A stretch of 64,000 nucleotides of DNA from Octopus sinensis (GCF_006345805.1 NC_043008.1:32798001-32862000), one strand, 5' to 3'; positions 41,600-53,790 are shown, counted from the first letter of the stretch. Notes: generated from the sequence alone by a model not told the origin. Translations and numbers: made by a program.

Positions 41600-42050
41600 T
41601 TTGTTATGAGCATAATATGCTGTACTAGATGAAAAACGGTACCGGAGTCCCGCATGCAAAAAGTACAACCTATTACGTTCGGATGTATCTTTCGAATGCC
41701 TCTACTTTTGGCGCGCTGATAATCGAAAAACTAGCCTGCAGCCAATAATTAGCAGCAGTCAATTTATCGGTTTGAGAACATATATTTCATATTTAAAAAT
41801 TAAGGGTAGAAATTAGAAATGATATTAGTCAATTAAAACCAGTGGTCTAGCACATTAAAAAGAATCCGAAGATTAAAATATTATATATACCAATTAAGGA
41901 CTGAACACGAAAAGGTGGACAGTCAACATGCTAGATATAGACGTCAAATCGCCATTCTTCACAAGGATTATGTTCTCAAATAAAAATAAAATTCAGCACG
42001 ACCTAAAGCAATGGATGAGACAAAAGAAATATACTAAATGGAATAATTAC

Positions 42051-42102
42051 CTACGTACTGCAGTTTCAGCTATTAATATCACAAGGATATCTGTAGCTTC
42101 AT
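42051..42102 (-). ncRNA. Truncated hammerhead, copy 3 (lacks 5' stem I strand and CUG of the core)
   Basis: Identical to copy 2 up to plus-strand gcttcat, then runs into (TA)n. Confidence 0.7.
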
Positions 42103-42114
42103 ATATATATATAT

Positions 42115-42310
42115 TTTATTATATAGAAGGAGCTCTACAGGACTAGAACTGTTTCATTCAAAAGAAATCATCAGGAAGCTTCCTGATGATTTCTTTTGAA
42201 TGAAACAGTTCTAGTCCTGTAGAAGCTCCTTCTATATAATAAATTATTTTACTCTGCTATGTATTGAGTACCTTATTTACTGTGGTTAACCCCGACTCAA
42301 CCCGGGACCT
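42115..42310. mobile_element. Loop-less ~129-bp palindrome (42115-42243, centre aagctt) plus tail to ~42310, between (TA)n tracts
   Basis: tatagaaggagctctacaggactagaactgtttcattcaaaagaaatcatcaggaag mirrored except a 1-nt indel; arm contains CTGATGA-tttcttttgaat-GAAAC-agttcta-GTC. Confidence 0.8.
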
Positions 42311-42319
42311 ACATATATA

Positions 42320-42388
<69 letters not shown>

Positions 42389-42584
42389 GTATGTATATAC
42401 ACATATAAGACAATATAAATAATGGTCATTACGTATTCTTCCTTTTTTAGAGGATTTCCAGTAGTCATTATAGGTACGTTACCGATAGGTTTACACAACT
42501 GGTCAATGATTACTACTTTCGTCATACTTTTTATTAAACATGAAAAAAGTTAATCACAACTGTCTACGAACGGTAACATAAAAG

Positions 42585-42712
42585 ATTTTGACCATTTTAT
42601 AGTGTTATTGAGTGTGTAGTGGTAGGGAGGGATCCCCATTCATCACCCTTTGTACTATCTTATATTCCTCCCCACCACTACACACTCAATAACCCTATAA
42701 AATGGTCAAAAT
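42585..42712. repeat. Inverted repeat, ~46-bp arms, ~36-bp spacer
   Basis: attttgaccattttatagtgttattgagtgtgtagtggtagggagg / cctccccaccactacacactcaataaccctataaaatggtcaaaat. Confidence 0.8.
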
Positions 42713-42873
42713 GTTTTCATAGGAACTTAGTTCGATTTGAATACTCCACTAGAATGCGAGAAAGCGCTAATATATGACATATGATATAGGTTATATGATG
42801 TATAAAAACATGTATTATTCAAATAGATATCTGTAAATATAAAACCATCCGAATTTCTGAGTACCTTATTTCT

Positions 42874-42916
<43 letters not shown>

Positions 42917-42921
<5 letters not shown>

Positions 42922-43091
42922 CAACAATTGAGGGTAAAATTAATTAATATTAATCAATTTCACCAAGTATTCAGTATGTAAAGGGACCATTTAAGGCGAA
43001 TTCAAATTATTACATAATAATTAATTAATTTTACCCTCACTTGGTGAAATTGATTAATAATTAATTAATTTTACCCTCAATTGTTGAAATT
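42917..43091. repeat. Inverted repeat, ~52-bp arms, 70-bp spacer, embedded in (TA)n
   Basis: aatttcaacaattgagggtaaaattaattaatattaatcaatttcaccaagt / acttggtgaaattgattaataattaattaattttaccctcaattgttgaaatt. Confidence 0.85.
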
Positions 43092-43139
43092 ATATATATA
43101 TATATATATATAATATCTTTATATGTGTGTGTGTGTGAC

Positions 43140-43347
43140 CGCGTATGTATGTCGGCGGCGATTTTTTTTCCTCCGTATTCCCTTCCTTAGATCTTTCTTT
43201 TTTCTATGTTCTGACGAAGAGCTCCGCTCGAAACGTTAGATCCTCCTTCTTTCTTTCCTTCCTGAGCGTCCAATAACACTATACTTGTTCCACGTCCTCG
43301 CGCGTTGTTGTGTTTTCTTCTTGTGTTTTCATGTTTGGATTAACTAT
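43140..43347 (+). mobile_element. Short microsatellite-flanked element with HHR-like motif (43205-43242)
   Basis: tatgtt-CTGACGA-A-GAGC[tcc]GCTC-GAAAC-GTT-agatcc...cctgagcgtc, ending in (TA)n. Confidence 0.55.
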
Positions 43348-43383
43348 ATATATATATATATATATATAGATAATATATATATA

Positions 43384-43420
<37 letters not shown>

Positions 43421-43424
<4 letters not shown>

Positions 43425-43732
43425 CTAAGCAATAAAGGGTTAAGCAACGAATTGCCTTACCACATACCGAATTTAGAAATAGCAGTCACAAGAGTTATAG
43501 CTATTTCTTCTACTAAAAAGGGAGATCTCCCTTTTTAGTAGAAGAAATAGTATAACTCTTTGACTGCTATTCTAAATTCGGTATGTGGTAAGGCAATTCG
43601 TTGCTAAACCCTTTATTGCTTAGTATTACTTAAATTTTCCTCGAATGAGGCTTTTACATGCCGAAGACTACTTGGTGTAATTGATAATTATTCCAAATTA
43701 ATTAATTTCACCCTTCATTATTACGGATAACC

Positions 43733-43735
<3 letters not shown>
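43421..43735. mobile_element. ~207-bp loop-less palindrome (43421-43627, centre gggagatctccc) plus tail, between (TA)n tracts
   Basis: aatactaagcaataaaggg...ctactaaaaagggag mirrored by ctccctttttagtag...ccctttattgcttagtatt with a few indels. Confidence 0.85.
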
Positions 43736-43775
<40 letters not shown>

Positions 43776-44787
43776 TATATAATGATGAGCCTCTTTATAG
43801 TTTCCGTCCACAGATTTCCGTCACAAGGTATTATTATTGGCAAATTCGAATCATTGATGGAAGACACTTGCCCAAGGTGCTGCGTAGTGGAATCGAATCG
43901 GAAAACGGGCGTTTACGAAAAGAACTTCCTAACACGACTGTATTTGAGACTATATATCAATACAATTAGTTAAATGTTTTGTTATGCCTACGGCTATATT
44001 CGTTTTCTTCGGTTATAGAACACAATTCAGGAACATTGAGTTTTCCAGTAATCTTCTGTTCATTTATAAAATACAGCGACTGGAATATATTACAACTCTA
44101 AATGTATGTATTAACATTATTTACAACTCAAAAGGCGGTGAGCTGGCACAATCGTTAGAGCGATGGACAAAGTGCGTAACAGCATTTCTTTCGGTTCCTT
44201 ACGCTCTGTCTCAATTCTGCCGATTAGAGACGGTGTAATCGTTTTGTCTCCTCACTAAAATTACTGGCCTTGGGCTAAAATTTAAAAGGCTCATAATCTT
44301 TCTTTCTACTATAGGCACAAGGTCTTAAGGGAAAGGGAGACAGTCGATTTTAATTACCCCACCCCGATACTTGACTGGTTGTTATTTCATCGACCCAGAA
44401 CGATGAAAGGCAAAGTTGAACTCGGAGTAATTTGAACACAGAACGTAAAGGCGGACAAAATGTCACTAACAAGTTTGACCAGCGTGTTAACGATTCTGTC
44501 TGTTCGCTGATATTTATATACAATTCACAAGTACATTTTAAAATGATAAAGTATGATTTCAATGTCACTTAGCTGTTATTTCTAGCACATTGAACAATTA
44601 CGTAGAGTCACCTTTTCGTTGATGTTTAGACATACATCAATGCTGAGCACGCAAACCTCTGATCAAAAGCATTCCAACCATACTCGTCATATCTTAATGA
44701 AATTCATACATATCTGTGTCTATTGATATGCATATATAGAGAGAAGGACAGAGAGAGCAGGAGATCACACACACACACCACACACAA

Positions 44788-44820
<33 letters not shown>

Positions 44821-45026
44821 ACACATCACACACACACACACCTCACACACACACATGTATATATTTATATATATAAATGGTATGAATTTTTGTCTGGATC
44901 ACTATTTTTTACTATTTTTAGCTTTTTTTTTTACCATTTGTTTATCATTCGTTATATACCTAAATTAGATTGGATTAAATTAAATTAAATGTCCTTGTCT
45001 TGTCTTGCGTAATTGTTTGCCTTTCC

Positions 45027-45070
<44 letters not shown>

Positions 45071-46019
45071 GTACAAAGAGAGGGAGACAGAGATAGACAG
45101 ACAGATAGACAGATCTGCATGTGTCTGTTCTTATTCCTACTTTTATATTAACATTGCTTGAAAAACGGTTGAAACGGTGCTTTTTACTAATATTTCGTAA
45201 ACTTTTAGTTCGACAATTAGAGATCGATAAATTGTGTAGCAGACATAAAACTAAGTATTGAGGTCGATATAATCCATCCAGATGGTCGCCGTCCAGTGAG
45301 GAAAGCTTCAAAACTATAAAAGAAAAACAACAGTTTAGATCATCGATGGCTGACCGTGGATTAAACAGTAGCAAATATATTGCAATTATATTATCAGGGA
45401 TCAGTCTCAAAGTGTTTAGGCGAAATCCTATTTTATAACGCGATTTCATTCAGAAAAGGCTTAGCTAAGTTTTAAGCCATTATTGAATGTGTATCTGGGT
45501 GCGTTTCTTACTATTTCACATTAATCAACCAGAAATCTGCCTCATTCTATTATTTTGTTATTCTCTGCCCTCTATGTTTTCAGAAGAGAAATTTATTGCC
45601 GCATTTTCTCAGTATATTGTCACAGTAAACCTTCGCGTGTAGGTTGATTTGTGAGAAGATGTAGGTGTGTGTACAAGTGTTATGCAATATATCTTGTGCA
45701 GTGTATGTTTTTATATGTATATATTTCTTTTGTTGTAACGTTGCGTAATGTAGATTGTATTGTGTTACTCTGTGTTGTGTAATTCATGATATATAATGGG
45801 TAAAGCCTGCAGCGTTGCATGAGTCTCTACTACATACTGTATATTGCATAATGAAAATGAGCACATGTGTGTGGGTTCCTGCGTGCGCCTGTCCGTGTGT
45901 GCGTATTTGCATACGTTTTTATACGTACGTATATGTATGAATACACAAGTATACATCTACATATATATATGTGTGTGTGTGTGTATGTGGATATATATGT
46001 TTTTGTATACACACACACA

Positions 46020-46205
46020 CGAGGGGCTGCTGAAAAGTTCTTGGCTTTAAGTAAAAGAAAATACAAGAAGATCAGTTATTATGATTTTCCCTCTCAGATT
46101 CACACACTAATTGTAGCGGTCCTTCAGTTTTTCTAAGCCCTATAAAAGAATTTGGAAGGCTAGGCTTCCAACTAGGTCTTTCGCGACACCTTGAAAGCCA
46201 GGAAC
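46020..46205 (-). mobile_element. Mariner-derived MITE
   Basis: TIR cgaggggctgctgaaaagttcttggcttt and partial opposite TIR aaagccaggaac; minus strand encodes mariner C-terminus GLEKLKDRYN*CVNLRG. Confidence 0.7.
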
Positions 46206-46228
46206 ACATATGTTTGTATGCATACGTG

Positions 46229-46281
<53 letters not shown>

Positions 46282-48646
46282 TACGCATATGTATATATAA
46301 TATACGCATATGTATATATCAACCCTGGACTGTAGTAGAAGTCACCTTCAAGGTGCTACACAGCGTGACCGAACCAAAATCAATTGGTTGCAAAGCGAAC
46401 CTCTTGATCACACAGCTATGCCTGCGCCTAAGTACATCCGAACAGAGAATTCAGGACAAATAACAATTTCAAAACAATATGAATACTTTTGTCTCAACTT
46501 CCTTTATCACTAAAATTATATATTTATAATCATTTCATTGGCAAACTTTGACCATTTTACACATATGTGATTGTAAATTTCCCTATTTTATACACTCCTA
46601 GATACATTGTATGTATAAAAACGATGGATATTCACGACTAGAGCACTTTTAGTCATATGTTTGCTCGATGGCAGTTTAAATAGGATAAGTATCACCAACA
46701 CTAACAAAGAGAAAGCACCCCTACGTGATCGACTGCAGAGTCAGCAGAAAGGCATGGTTCTGCTTCAGAGGACATGTTTTCCATAGTTTATGATTCTGTT
46801 TCACTGACACATGGTATCCTTGGAGAAGATATATCTACAACTTCGTTTCTCAGTTGTTTAAAATATTTCTACATTGCCCAGCCACCATCAGCACCAATTC
46901 GTAACTATTCTCATGCCATCTTTCCCATTCTAGCCCAAGGTGACAGGCTGTTGTCTCTTTTTTCTCTCAGATTCATTCTTACGCCACTTGTGGTTTCAGC
47001 TACAATGGGCTGGACATTTTTAAAGAACTTTTCCCCTAAACTTTACACAACTCTCAAATTGTATTCGGTTAAATGTAAGATATCGATCATCTACTGGATA
47101 TTTTAATATCGGACAAAGTTTCCTTAGCGCAGGTTACTCTTTCATTCATCATTGGTACTGATTTTTATAACAACTAATTCACTAGATAGTTTAGTAAATC
47201 GAGCGTTATTGATTTAACAAAAAAGAATCCGATAAAATATACTGGATTTTATGTTTTATTTTAGGCGTTGGTCTGGACTGGTTCTCTTTTATCGTTTATT
47301 ACTGTTGATCGTTAATAAAAACGGTACATTTTGTCAATTGCTGCTAATCAAGGATCGATTTCTCGTATATAGTCTCATTACGTCTAGGATTTTAATGAGT
47401 GGGAGAAGCTAGGTAGTTTGACATTCATTCCTTTCTGAAGAGCGTTAGTGACTGGAATAAAGCAAGATGTCTACAATTATATATCGAACGTGTGTCGTGG
47501 ATCGAGTGTCTCTGCTTATTTAAAGACAAGATATTTGATAGAATTAGGAATGAGAAAGATGGCTTTAGTCTGGTCTATGTCGATAGAAATGTAATACATA
47601 CACACATACATAGAAACACATGTATATATCTATATATGTATGTATGTATGTATGACCAGACTATCAGCCAAACCGTCGAAAAGATGTTTTGATGTCCATG
47701 ACGTGTATTCTGCTATGTTTACAACAGACGACCTGAACACTTACTGACTTACTCCACTTTAGCCACAAACAAGTAACACAATATATTGCACTTGACCATG
47801 TGAAGCTGTAGCTTTCTGAAATAATTTGAAACTATTCAATGAGGATTGCCAAAAGCCAGATGGAATCTACTAGGTTAATCTACCCTATCTGAAGACAATG
47901 TCTACACAATGCTATAAAATCTAACACAAAAGTTTCAAATCGAGCCGTAGCAAATCGAAACTAAATTCTCTGAAACATTTAGCCCAGAATGCTAATACTT
48001 CTGTCAGACCGCTGAACACTTGAAATAGTGGTAATTGGCCACCTTGGATGTCATCTTTATTCAAGCATGTTTTAATATATAGATAGCTTGTAAAGGCAAA
48101 CGAGAAACTACACGTTTTATTGTGGCTGTTATATTTCAAAGTTTTCTAACGTTAATTAGCTGTTTGAAATGTTTTCTACTAAATGTCAACAAGTATTCAC
48201 AATTGGCCAAGTTACTTGACATTTATGTAACTGTCTTTATGAATGATATGTGACATTATTCGATCTGTTTTCTGTTAAACGAGTCGAAAGATATGTGTAA
48301 TAAAAGTGCCAAACGACTTTATGGAAAATATTGATCTGTTACTAACACACAACTTCATACACTTTATAATGGAGGTGGAGGGAAATTAGACTGTGTGACG
48401 TTCATTACTTTCGCTTGTGTATTTCTTGCGGAAATGGAGTGACAAGACTTAAATGGAGAAGGAAACTCGGTTTGCAATTTCTCCGTTTCCGGGAACTTAC
48501 CTAAGTTCATGCGAAGTGCTGGTTATTTCTTTTGATCTGGTGCAAGACAATATTTTTAGGGTAGGTGCATATTCAATAGACAGTATTCGATAGTGTCGAT
48601 TGTAGGAAATTTAGCTGCTCTTTCTCTATTAAAGTACACTCTTCTT

Positions 48647-48797
48647 TTAAAGTACACTCCTGAAAAATATATATGTATCATAACTCAATAATAACATTAA
48701 AAACATAAGAGAAATGAGTGTGATGGAGAATGTCCTATAGGGGACTGGCAGTAAGCAAGGGTGACAATTTTCTCGATGAAATCTGTTCGCCAACAAG
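48647..48797 (+). repeat. ~150-bp direct repeat, copy 1
   Basis: ttaaagtacactcctgaaaaatat..gagtgtgatggagaatgtcctatagggact..gggtgacaattttctcgatga; second copy at 51936. Confidence 0.85.
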
Positions 48798-48830
48798 ATA
48801 TATGTGTGGTGTGTGTGTGTGTGTGTGTGT

Positions 48831-48864
<34 letters not shown>

Positions 48865-49092
48865 CTGTGTACTTTCATATATATACTATATTAATCAATG
48901 CGAACGGTATTATAGCTCCGATGCAGCCGATTTTATCAATTGGTTTAACACTGGATATTAGATAACCGGACATTTGATCAGGGCATCTAATACACGTGGT
49001 CTTCAGAGATGGCATGTTTCTTAATATTCCCGCTTAATGGCAAATATATGAATGCCTGTTTTTCTGGGTTGTGGACTCTTAGACGATTACAT

Positions 49093-49127
<35 letters not shown>

Positions 49128-49163
49128 TATGATGTATATTTAAATATACTCGCGTATATTATA

Positions 49164-49528
49164 TCTATATATATATATAAAAGCTGAAGTTGTCTGTGTG
49201 TGGCAGGTTTGGTAGCCTTCAACTAACACTATCTCCTCCGAGACCGTAATAGAAGAAAGCTTGCTATTCATTCCGTAGAAGATGAAATTCAAATCGGACC
49301 ATGTTAAGACCAAAAATTATTTACATCAAAAAGGTGCTTTTTTTCTATGAAAATCCCTATTTTTTACGGTTTCTTGACTGCTGTGTTGCAATTTAACGGT
49401 GTATTTCAACCAGAAAAATGTTCGCTTAAAGAGAATAACAAGCTACATAATGCAATATTTTTACTTTTCAAAAATTCCAATTCTAAAGGGTCGAAACAAA
49501 CCCGAGCAATGCCGGGCGATACTACTAA
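49164..49528 (+). mobile_element. Non-autonomous Helitron
   Basis: A|TCtatatatatatataaaagc 5' end; 3' hairpin cccg-agcaatgc-cggg then CTAA|T; A/T target. Confidence 0.75.
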
Positions 49529-49530
49529 TA

Positions 49531-49954
49531 TACTCTTTACTCTTTTACTCTTTTACTTGTTTCAGTCATTTGACTGCGGCCATGCTGGAGCACCGCCTTT
49601 AATCGAGCAAATCGACCCCGGGAATAATTCTTTGTAAGCCCAGTACTTATTCTATCGGTCTCTTTTTGCCGAACCACTAAGTAATGGAGACATAAACACA
49701 CCAGCATCGGTTGTCAAGCAATGCTAGGGGGACAAACACAGACACACAAACACACACACACGTACATATATATACATATACATATATACGACGAGCTTCT
49801 TTCAGTTTCCGTCTACCAAATCCACTCACAAGGCTTTGGTCAGCCCGAGGCTATAGTAGAAGACACTTGCCCAAGGTGCCATGCAGTGGGACTGAACCCA
49901 GAACCATGTGGTTGGTAAACAAGCTACTTACGACACAACCACTCCTGCACCTAT
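49531..49954 (-). mobile_element. tRNA-derived CORE-like SINE family B, near full length
   Basis: Minus strand head ataggtgcaggagtgg..ggttctgggttcagtccc; ggcaccttgggcaagtgtctt (CORE-like); internal (TA)/(TG); tail gactgaaacaagtaaaagag repeats. Confidence 0.85.
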
Positions 49955-49971
49955 ATATGTGTATATATATA

Positions 49972-50018
<47 letters not shown>

Positions 50019-50698
50019 AGAGAGAGGGGGAGGGAGAGGGGGAGAGAGAGATAATAGACAGAAAGAGGGAGTGAAGGTGCGTGGCTTAGAGGTTAGGGTA
50101 TTCTGCTCACGATCGTAATGGGTTGTTTGAGTCCTGATGGCACTTTGTGTCCTCGATCGAGGTGCACTATTTGACGATACTTCAGTCCGCTTAAACAGGA
50201 TAAGAGTGTGTAACACTTGTATTTCAGATAGCCAACCTTGTCACTTTCTGTGTCACGCTGAATCTCTCTGAGAACTACGTCAAGAGTACACGTGTCTGTC
50301 TATTGTAACCGATGTTGTGCCAGTTAGATATAACACTTTGTGCATCTGCTTTTATGCATATATCTTTGTGTGCACGCGCACTCACGCTCACGTGCATGCG
50401 CGCGCATGTGTGTGTGCATGCTTGTGTAGGTATACTTATTTCAGTACATAACAGTAAATGAATTGGATGTTTTTATAATTTGTGTCTATAAACAGATTAT
50501 TATGCATATGTATAAAAGTATTTATTTATATTTGAATGTGTGTCATTTAGAAATTATATCCGTAATCAGGTTGTGTCTGTATGTGAATGGGCGTAGGCCT
50601 AACGGAATAAATGCTTGTGTATATGTGCCTCAGTGTATGTATATATATGTGTGTGTTTGTGTGTGTATGTGTGTACACACACACATATATATATATAC

Positions 50699-50756
<58 letters not shown>

Positions 50757-51935
50757 CAGTATGCACTATCTATGTATAAATAAGGAAGCAGAGTCAGGTG
50801 CAGTGTTGCTAATTAGCCGTAATCTAAACTTCCACTAAATGACTTAGCACATTAAATCCATGAGATAATCCTTATTACATACGCGCGCTCATACACACAC
50901 ATACTTGTACGCAAACATACACACGCATACACACACACACATGCATACACACATAATGAACTGAGAGTAAAACACTAGCGTAACTGCAATTAAGCATAAG
51001 AAAGTAAGTACTCAATACGATGAAGTAGGCAGGAATAATAATATCTATTAATATCTATTCAAAGGTGAGTCTGAGAATGACTGCTCGGTGTTCATGTTAC
51101 TAATTCCTGATAAAAACAAATACCGAGTAATGACTTACACACAGCCTCTTTATGCTGGAGGGGAATATACAGACCTGGTTCGGTCGATATTGAGAGGTCC
51201 GATCTTATAATCCAGGAAGAGCGCAATATTTCATTAACCAGCTATATATGGCAATTGAACGCTGTGCAAAATCAACGGGAAGCTGCTGAAACAACCTGTG
51301 CCATGCCTGAGTGGAGGTAGGCGTTGCAAGCTTTACTTGACTGAGAGGAGAATAATTCTAAAAGACTCACACGATCCTGGGTCCTACCTTAACTAAAAGA
51401 GCGAAATATTTAGTCACTGCTTTCACGTTAGAAAAATCGTTTGGCAACGCGGTCGTTCCCTCTCTCGAACTAAAAGACAGACATCAAGTACACAAGCTCA
51501 TTTGACAAGCGTCGTCTGCGCTGACATACTTCTTGACAATATAAAAATGTGTGTCTACATGCATACATACATACATATAGATATAATATATAGGTATGTT
51601 GGTAGGTAATAATGATGTTAGATGAAATGAAAGAACTGTTCCTCTGTTTAGTTACGTATTGGTACAAAAAGTTTTCAAATTTTTCAAGGAAATGAAACGG
51701 AATAGAATGAAAGAAAATTTTACACACAAACAAAACACAACTTCCAAACTTTGAAATCATTGTTAAACTCACACTTCACATTCAGCCCTTTATCTCACCA
51801 CCTCTCACACCAAATAGTTCTCTCTGTTAGATCTCCTCTTTCTCAATCCATACCTTACTTTCTACATCTCTCATATACTTCCTTTTTTCACCTTTTAGCG
51901 TATTCACTTATACCGTTTATAATATTACTCTTCTA

Positions 51936-52087
51936 TTAAAGTACACTCCTGAAAAATATTTACGTATCATAACTCAATAATAACACTAAAAATATAAGAA
52001 AAATGAGTGTGATGGAGAATGTCCTATAGGGGACTAGTGGTGAGCAAGGGTGACAATTTTCTCGATGATATCTGCTCGCCCACAAGA
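51936..52087 (+). repeat. ~150-bp direct repeat, copy 2
   Basis: Colinear with 48647-48797, with scattered substitutions. Confidence 0.85.
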
Positions 52088-53011
52088 ATAAACCGTGCTG
52101 TCTATTCTAGAGTTCTTTTTTAAGCCCATACATTATGAATGTTACAGAAATCCCTGCCCTAGCAGTACTACAAGGGCAGTACTACAGGGAGCACGTTTGA
52201 GATACATTCTACAGGCATGGAAATGCCGTCAACTGGGTCTGTCGAAGATCAACGCCAAGTGCTTTTTGTTACGTATTTGCCTGCATGTTTTTCAATAATT
52301 CCCAAGTCAACTAATATGGTGGGGATTGTTTCAGTTTTTACTTTCAACATTCTTGTTATTTCTATTTCCAGATTTGTATATTTGGATATTTTCTCTATGT
52401 CTTTGCTTGATACATGATTGCTATTATTGTTGTTCTAATTCCTTCCTTTAAAATTTTAGGCCTTGTGCCTTTAGTAGAAAGGATTATTTTATTCGTGCTA
52501 GGTTGTCCGGACAGGAATATGTGAACAATGAGCAGAGTTGAAGATATCGCCAGTGCTGAAAAGGAAGGATTGGGTGGGCGAGATATAGAAGAGATATTAA
52601 AGTTAAAATAAGTGTATTCATCGAGTGAGTTTGGTCGTGGAAAGAACACAGTTTATTAGTTGAGAAATTATTTTGGTTGGTAGAAAAGATAGAGCTAGGA
52701 TGTAGAACCCAACAATTTGACAGTGTTATCGTTGTTTCTCTCTCTCTCTCTCTCTCTCTCATTTAGCTCCAGGTAAAATGTTCTATCTGTGATCATTTTG
52801 TCATCTTTAACACAAAAACATAGTATCCAATATGTCTTCTCTTGTATAAAGTAATAGTGAGTGATTTGGGGAGATATGACTGTTTTTGTTGTTTTATTTT
52901 TCTGCAATCCAAAATGACCGCGTGAAGCTTACTCCTTGGCTCTAGGCGGACGGGATTTGCTGTTGGTTGCTGAATATTAATGAATTAAGCTTCCTCATTT
53001 ACTACACACAT

Positions 53012-53101
<90 letters not shown>

Positions 53102-53419
53102 AGCATTTCTCGTATATTAGTAAGTAACGATTTCAGGTCTTTACCTGACTGAAGCACAAAACCAAATATTTGGTGAGATGGACTAATTACCTCCATCTCA
53201 GTATTTGACAGGTACTTATTTTGTCCAGTTCTGAAGGATAAAAAGCTAAATTAATCTCGGTACGATTTCGGCTTGAAACATGAACACACACATCTAAAAC
53301 ACGCAAAGTACTTTATCTTTCAATGCTTCTAATCTATCTCTGCAACCCTAATAAAGACTTTTAACATAAGCACAACACCTGAATTTTAGGGAATCGAACC
53401 GTTTATTATATCAATCCAG

Positions 53420-53790
53420 TATCCTTCTTCTCCATTTGCTATCCCTGGGAGGGGTATGTGGGTAGTCTTCAGGCACCTTCTCCATAGAGTCCGATCAGAA
53501 GCAACCACTATTAGACTTTCCAGCTGGACTCCCAAGCGTGACCAACTGAGACAATGGATATCATCCAACGATCACGTTCTTCGTCTACTCTCAGGTCACC
53601 TACTGGTTGGTCAACCTTGAATAATCTGTCTTGTGACTCTTTACCACGACATTCAAATCAGATGTCCGTAATCCTGGGGCTGGGACCTCTCAATGCAGTA
53701 AAGTAAGGACTCAATCTGGAAAGACTCCCTGATCTCCGAGATACTCTCTCTATCAATAACATTACTCTAGAGATCCTTTGAAGGTGTCCC
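53420..53790 (-). mobile_element. RTE-clade LINE 3' end
   Basis: Minus translation SEIRESFQIESLLYCIERSQ..YGHLI*M..RQIIQ..DDIHCLSWSRLGVQLESLIVVASDRTLWRRCL. Confidence 0.75.

Larger units (their letters stand above)
40874..42102 (-). mobile_element. Tandem array (2 full + 1 partial) of a ~505-bp hammerhead-containing unit; retrozyme / Penelope-like pseudo-LTR type
   Basis: Unit start ccaattaaggactgaacacg recurs at 40874, 41380, 41890 (periods 506, 510); copies differ by a few indels and one substitution; short (TA) runs at unit joints; (TA)n on both flanks; no long ORF. Confidence 0.85.

Noticed and set aside
40874-42102. CRISPR-like or satellite-with-spacers interpretation of the tandem array
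   Set aside because: Units are contiguous and near-identical with no unique spacers; eukaryotic context.
46700-47100. Protein-like minus-strand reading with stops (..LRIGADGGWAM*KYFKQLRNE..)
   Set aside because: Possibly a transposase relic but I cannot assign a family; needs a tBLASTn/HMM search.
48647-52087. LTR retrotransposon interpretation of the direct repeat pair
   Set aside because: No TG..CA ends, PBS/PPT or gag-pol remnants between the copies.
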